A DNA stretch of 20,507 nucleotides from Chthoniobacteraceae bacterium. GTDB lineage: Bacteria; Verrucomicrobiota; Verrucomicrobiia; Chthoniobacterales; Chthoniobacteraceae. Location: positions 1 to 20,507 of the forward strand of contig JANNXQ010000215.1 in assembly GCA_031409655.1 (NCBI GenBank), written 5' to 3'. How positions within the stretch are numbered: the first letter of the stretch is position 1; each line of letters opens with the position of its first letter. Shown here piece by piece: positions 17,469 to 20,507 of this stretch. The position numbers and the translations under genes are program-made. Below the pieces are notes generated by a model, which did no database searches, had not been told where the DNA came from, and worked only from the letters and a program-made list of their open reading frames with translations.

Positions 17469-17708
17469 TCAGCGCATCAGCAGCGCCTGGCGGGCGCGCT
17501 TGATCTCGCGATTGATCTTCCGATGGAAGTGGGCGGGCATACCCGTGAGCCGGCGAGCAAGGATTTTCCCGCTCTCGGTGACAAACTTCTTCAGGATGTC
17601 AGGATTCTTGTAATCGATCGCCTCAAGGACGATGTCGATCCGCCGCCGCGGCATGATGCGGTTGGCTTTGCGGAAATTAGTGCGGCGTTGCGGAGTCTTG
17701 GGTTGCAT
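17469..17708 (-). CDS. rpsR: 30S ribosomal protein bS18
   Basis: [42 protein letters not shown]. Confidence 0.96.
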   Translation of the reverse strand: MQPKTPQRRTNFRKANRIMPRRRIDIVLEAIDYKNPDILKKFVTESGKILARRLTGMPAHFHRKINREIKRARQALLMR

Positions 17709-17720
17709 GAAATTGCGGGC

Positions 17721-17894
17721 TTACTTGGTCTCGCGATGCAGGGTGTGCTTCTTGAGGTTCGGGTTGTACTTCTTCTTTTCGAGCCGATTGGGGGTGTTCG
17801 GGCTCTTCTTATTGCGCGTCGAAATGTAGCGCGAGACGGGTTTGCCGAGGGCTTTCGCCTCCGTGCATTCGAGGATGATAAAATCGCGGGCCAT
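17721..17894 (-). CDS. rpmG: 50S ribosomal protein bL33 (57 aa, below the ORF-track cutoff)
   Basis: Manual translation: [57 protein letters not shown]. Lies directly upstream of rpsR. Confidence 0.95.
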   Translation of the reverse strand: MARDFIILECTEAKALGKPVSRYISTRNKKSPNTPNRLEKKKYNPNLKKHTLHRETK

Positions 17895-17900
17895 GATGGG

Positions 17901-18713
17901 TTATTCCTTTTCTTCCTTTGCTTCGGTGGTGGATTCTTCTTCGTCGCCGTCTCCACCTTCCTCATCGGTGAGACCGAAGAGGGAGGTCACCGGGACGCGG
18001 GTGCGGCTGACTTTGTTTTGTTTTTCGAGCTGCGACTGGCACTCGACGGTATAGCGGGCAAAGGGGAGCGCCTCGAGGCGCGGCTGGGAGATCGGCTTGC
18101 CGGTCATCTCGCAGATGCCGTAGCTGCCGAGTTCGACGCGCTTGAGCGCTTCCTCGATTTCATACAGCGCGTCCTGCTCCTGAGAGAGGAGGCTGAGGGC
18201 AAAGTCGCGATCGTAGGCGTCGCTGCCGGCGTCGGCTTGATGCATGCCAAAGGCGCTGGCCTCGCTGCCTTCCGCGCGCGAGCGAAGATTGTCCTTGGCC
18301 ACGCCGGCCATGGCGTCGAGCAAGGAATCGCGGAGCTGGAGGAGGCGATCCTTCTGCTTCAGCAGAAAGGGCGTCACCTTGAATGGCTTCGGCGCCGCGC
18401 CATTCAAAGGCTCGGCGTGAACCGCGGGTTTCGCTCCAGGCTTCGCAGCGGGCTTTGCGGCGGATTTTGCGGGAGATTTTGCTGAGGGTTTGGGTTCGTT
18501 TTTTTTCACACCGTTCACTTTCGCCGGCTTTCCAGCTTTGGCCGCATCACGCTTCACCGCTTTTGCGGGTGAGGGCTTGGCTGCCTTGATTGGTTTCGCT
18601 GGTTTCTTCACAGCCTTCACTGGCTTCACAGTCTTGGAAGCCTTCGAGACCTTGGCAGTCTTCGTCGGCTTCTTCGCTTTTGGGACTGGTTTGGCGGTCT
18701 TGGATTTGGCCAT
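17901..18713 (-). CDS. DksA/TraR family protein with Lys/Ala/Pro-rich N-terminus
   Basis: Coiled coil with HQADAGSD tip, LYEIEEALKRVELGSYGICEMTGKPISQPRLEALPFARYTVEC, and a histone-H1-like first ~100 aa. Confidence 0.92.
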   Translation of the reverse strand: MAKSKTAKPVPKAKKPTKTAKVSKASKTVKPVKAVKKPAKPIKAAKPSPAKAVKRDAAKAGKPAKVNGVKKNEPKPSAKSPAKSAAKPAAKPGAKPAVHAEPLNGAAPKPFKVTPFLLKQKDRLLQLRDSLLDAMAGVAKDNLRSRAEGSEASAFGMHQADAGSDAYDRDFALSLLSQEQDALYEIEEALKRVELGSYGICEMTGKPISQPRLEALPFARYTVECQSQLEKQNKVSRTRVPVTSLFGLTDEEGGDGDEEESTTEAKEEKE

Positions 18714-18772
18714 AACGGAGGGGGAACAAAAAAACTGGGGTCGGGGCGTATCTAGGGAAAAATGAGGCGCGT

Positions 18773-18801
18773 TACTTACGGGCTTTCGCTAGGGGGCGCA
18801 A
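18773..18801 (-). promoter_or_regulatory. Putative sigma70-like promoter of the dksA-rpmG-rpsR cluster
   Basis: Minus strand reads TTGCGC-17 nt-TAAGTA, about 60 nt upstream of the ATG. Confidence 0.3.
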
Positions 18802-18842
18802 GGGTGAAATCCACCTATTTTCCCCGTCGCGGAGCCCACATT

Positions 18843-19637
18843 TCACGAGCTCGCGCTCGAATAGTGACGCAGGGCGAATTTCCAAAAAATGCGGCTGGCC
18901 AGCGCGACGAAAATGGCCGCGCCGGTGAGCTGCGCGAGGCCAAACCAGGGGGACTCAAAGGCCCGCGCCAGCGTGCGTGCGGGCACATTCGCGACGATGA
19001 TCACCGGCACCACGTAGGTGAAGATCACCTTGAAGATGCCGTGGAAAATGGAGTCCGGGAAGCGCGCGATATTGAAGACATTGTAGTACCCGTAGATCAG
19101 TCCCTGCGCGCGGACGATCCAGAAGGCGAGGGTGGAGAGGAAAAAGAGGATGGCGTAGTGGATGACGACCCCTAGCGCGATGGCGCCGGTGAAGAGGGCG
19201 AACTGGTGGGCCTCCGGGAGGACCTGCAGCTTGAAGAGCGCAAAGCCGACGATGGCGACGCCGACGAGCGCGTTCACGAGATTGTCGAAGCCAAAGCGCC
19301 GCGTGGAGACGGCAAATTGCGCGTCGATCGGCAGCAGCAGCATGAGATCGAGTCGCCCGGTGCGGATGAGTTCCGGGAGTTCCGCGAGATTCACGTAGAA
19401 GAAAGCCTGGAAGATCTGCGCCGTGATCTGGTGTGTGCCCACGAGGAGCACGCACTCCCACTTCGACCACCCGCCGATGCTGTCCACATGCCCATAGAGC
19501 ACCTCGAGGAAAATGATCTGCCCCACGAACCAGAGGAACTCCACGACCATCCAGAGCGTGAAGTTTGCCTTAAAGCTCATCTCGCGAATGAGCGAATTCC
19601 GGATCATCAGCCAGTAGATCTCGAGGTAGCGTTTCAT
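18843..19637 (-). CDS. ABC-2 type transporter permease (DUF990/ABC2_membrane_6-like)
   Basis: Multiple TM segments, IGGWSKWE, IRTGRLDLMLLLPID, RFPDSIF, ALRHYSSASS. ATG 19637 overlaps the upstream stop (ATGA). Confidence 0.88.
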   Translation of the reverse strand: MKRYLEIYWLMIRNSLIREMSFKANFTLWMVVEFLWFVGQIIFLEVLYGHVDSIGGWSKWECVLLVGTHQITAQIFQAFFYVNLAELPELIRTGRLDLMLLLPIDAQFAVSTRRFGFDNLVNALVGVAIVGFALFKLQVLPEAHQFALFTGAIALGVVIHYAILFFLSTLAFWIVRAQGLIYGYYNVFNIARFPDSIFHGIFKVIFTYVVPVIIVANVPARTLARAFESPWFGLAQLTGAAIFVALASRIFWKFALRHYSSASS

Positions 19638-20464
19638 CCCCCGAAGGCCTGATACTTCCGCACGCCGCGTGACCAGAGGACGCGCGCGCAGATGGCGGTG
19701 ATCGCGAGCCAGCCGGCTTGGATCGCGAGGCCCTCGACCAGCGCGCGGCCTTGGATGCGCTCCATGGCGATCTGCGCGGGGAAGAAGAGTTCGTAGGTGA
19801 AAGGCGACCACTTCACGAAGCCCTGGAGCCACGCGGGCATGACATCGAGCGGGAAGACGTGGCCACTCAGGAAATACTCGAAGGAGTAAACGATGAAAAT
19901 GATCGTGGAGATCTCCAGGACCCAAAACGCGATGAGGGCCAGGGAGTAGGCGATCAGGAATTGGATGCCCGCGGCCATCGCCGTGGAGAGGAAGAGCACG
20001 GGCCAGGTGATGCCGTGCTCGGGCCAGCGGATCGCCTCGCGGAAAAACCACGCCAGGCCGATGATCGGGATCAGGACCACGGCGATGTAGAGCAGCCGAT
20101 AGCTGGCGTAGAGCGAGAAGCGATACGCGAGATAGTTCATCGGCTTCGTCAGGAAGGAACTGATCCGGCCTTCGCGGATCTCGCCGGCGATTTGCCACTC
20201 GTCTTCCGTCGGCGTGATGAGGTTGTCGATGAAGACGGTGATGAGGAAATAGAAGATCATTCCCTGGTAGTCGTAGCCTTCGATCGACTTGCCGCTTTTG
20301 GCGAAAATGGCCTGCCAGAGGAAGACGGTGCCGATCAGCGGGACGATGCCGAAGACCATCCGCAGGAGAAAATTCCAGCGATAGACGAAGGTGTTCTGGA
20401 GCCCGATGTCGAAGACCTTCCAGTAAGTTGAGAGTCGAGAGTTGAGAGTTGAGAGCCGCGCCAT
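19634..20464 (-). CDS. ABC-2 type transporter permease (DUF990/ABC2_membrane_6-like)
   Basis: YRWNFL, IREGRISSFLTKP, FLSGHVFPLDVMP, GVRKYQAFGG and TM segments. Confidence 0.88.
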   Translation of the reverse strand: MARLSTLNSRLSTYWKVFDIGLQNTFVYRWNFLLRMVFGIVPLIGTVFLWQAIFAKSGKSIEGYDYQGMIFYFLITVFIDNLITPTEDEWQIAGEIREGRISSFLTKPMNYLAYRFSLYASYRLLYIAVVLIPIIGLAWFFREAIRWPEHGITWPVLFLSTAMAAGIQFLIAYSLALIAFWVLEISTIIFIVYSFEYFLSGHVFPLDVMPAWLQGFVKWSPFTYELFFPAQIAMERIQGRALVEGLAIQAGWLAITAICARVLWSRGVRKYQAFGG

Positions 20465-20507
20465 GCGAGGATGGATGCGTGTTTCCGAAAGGCGGCTCTC
20501 AACTCTC
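20427..20507. repeat. Heptamer tract (GTTGAGA)x4 with an inverted arm starting at the window end
   Basis: gttgaga gtcgaga gttgaga gttgaga at 20427-20454. 20493-20507 cggctctcaactctc is the reverse complement of 20444-20458. Confidence 0.8.

Noticed and set aside
17591..17965. 124-aa minus-strand ORF
   Set aside because: Wrong frame. The real gene here is the 57-aa rpmG.
16503..18485. 660-aa plus-strand ORF
   Set aside because: It runs antisense across the sulfatase, rpsR, rpmG and dksA genes and has no domain signal.
19638..20198. N-terminal extension of the 451-aa ORF
   Set aside because: It overlaps the upstream permease in another frame. The ATGA-coupled start at 19637 is far more plausible.

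Overview
High-GC bacterial chromosomal segment. The gene content (PSD1/planctomycete cytochrome c protein, sulfatase, stand-alone RRM protein, histone-like DksA) suggests PVC superphylum, probably Verrucomicrobia; this is an inference. Housekeeping backbone, left to right: S41 protease (5'-truncated), tsaD, DUF58, MoxR AAA+, RRM protein, clpC, a frameshifted PSD1 cytochrome c protein, sulfatase, rpsR, rpmG, a DksA-like gene and two ABC-2 permeases. The most unusual part is a ~5 kb block (about 3.2-8.2 kb) separating the usually adjacent moxR and DUF58 genes. It is bounded by palindromic elements and carries a secreted SGNH-like protein, an indel-free array of ten degenerate 42-bp units with a palindromic consensus and long-range inverted pairing, and an LRR-Roc-COR-TIR gene. 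The LRRs have a near-identical DNA framework but variable surface residues. A (GAAATCC)4 tract frameshifts the PSD1 gene (possible phase variation). Several REP-like families and heptamer tracts occur at gene boundaries.
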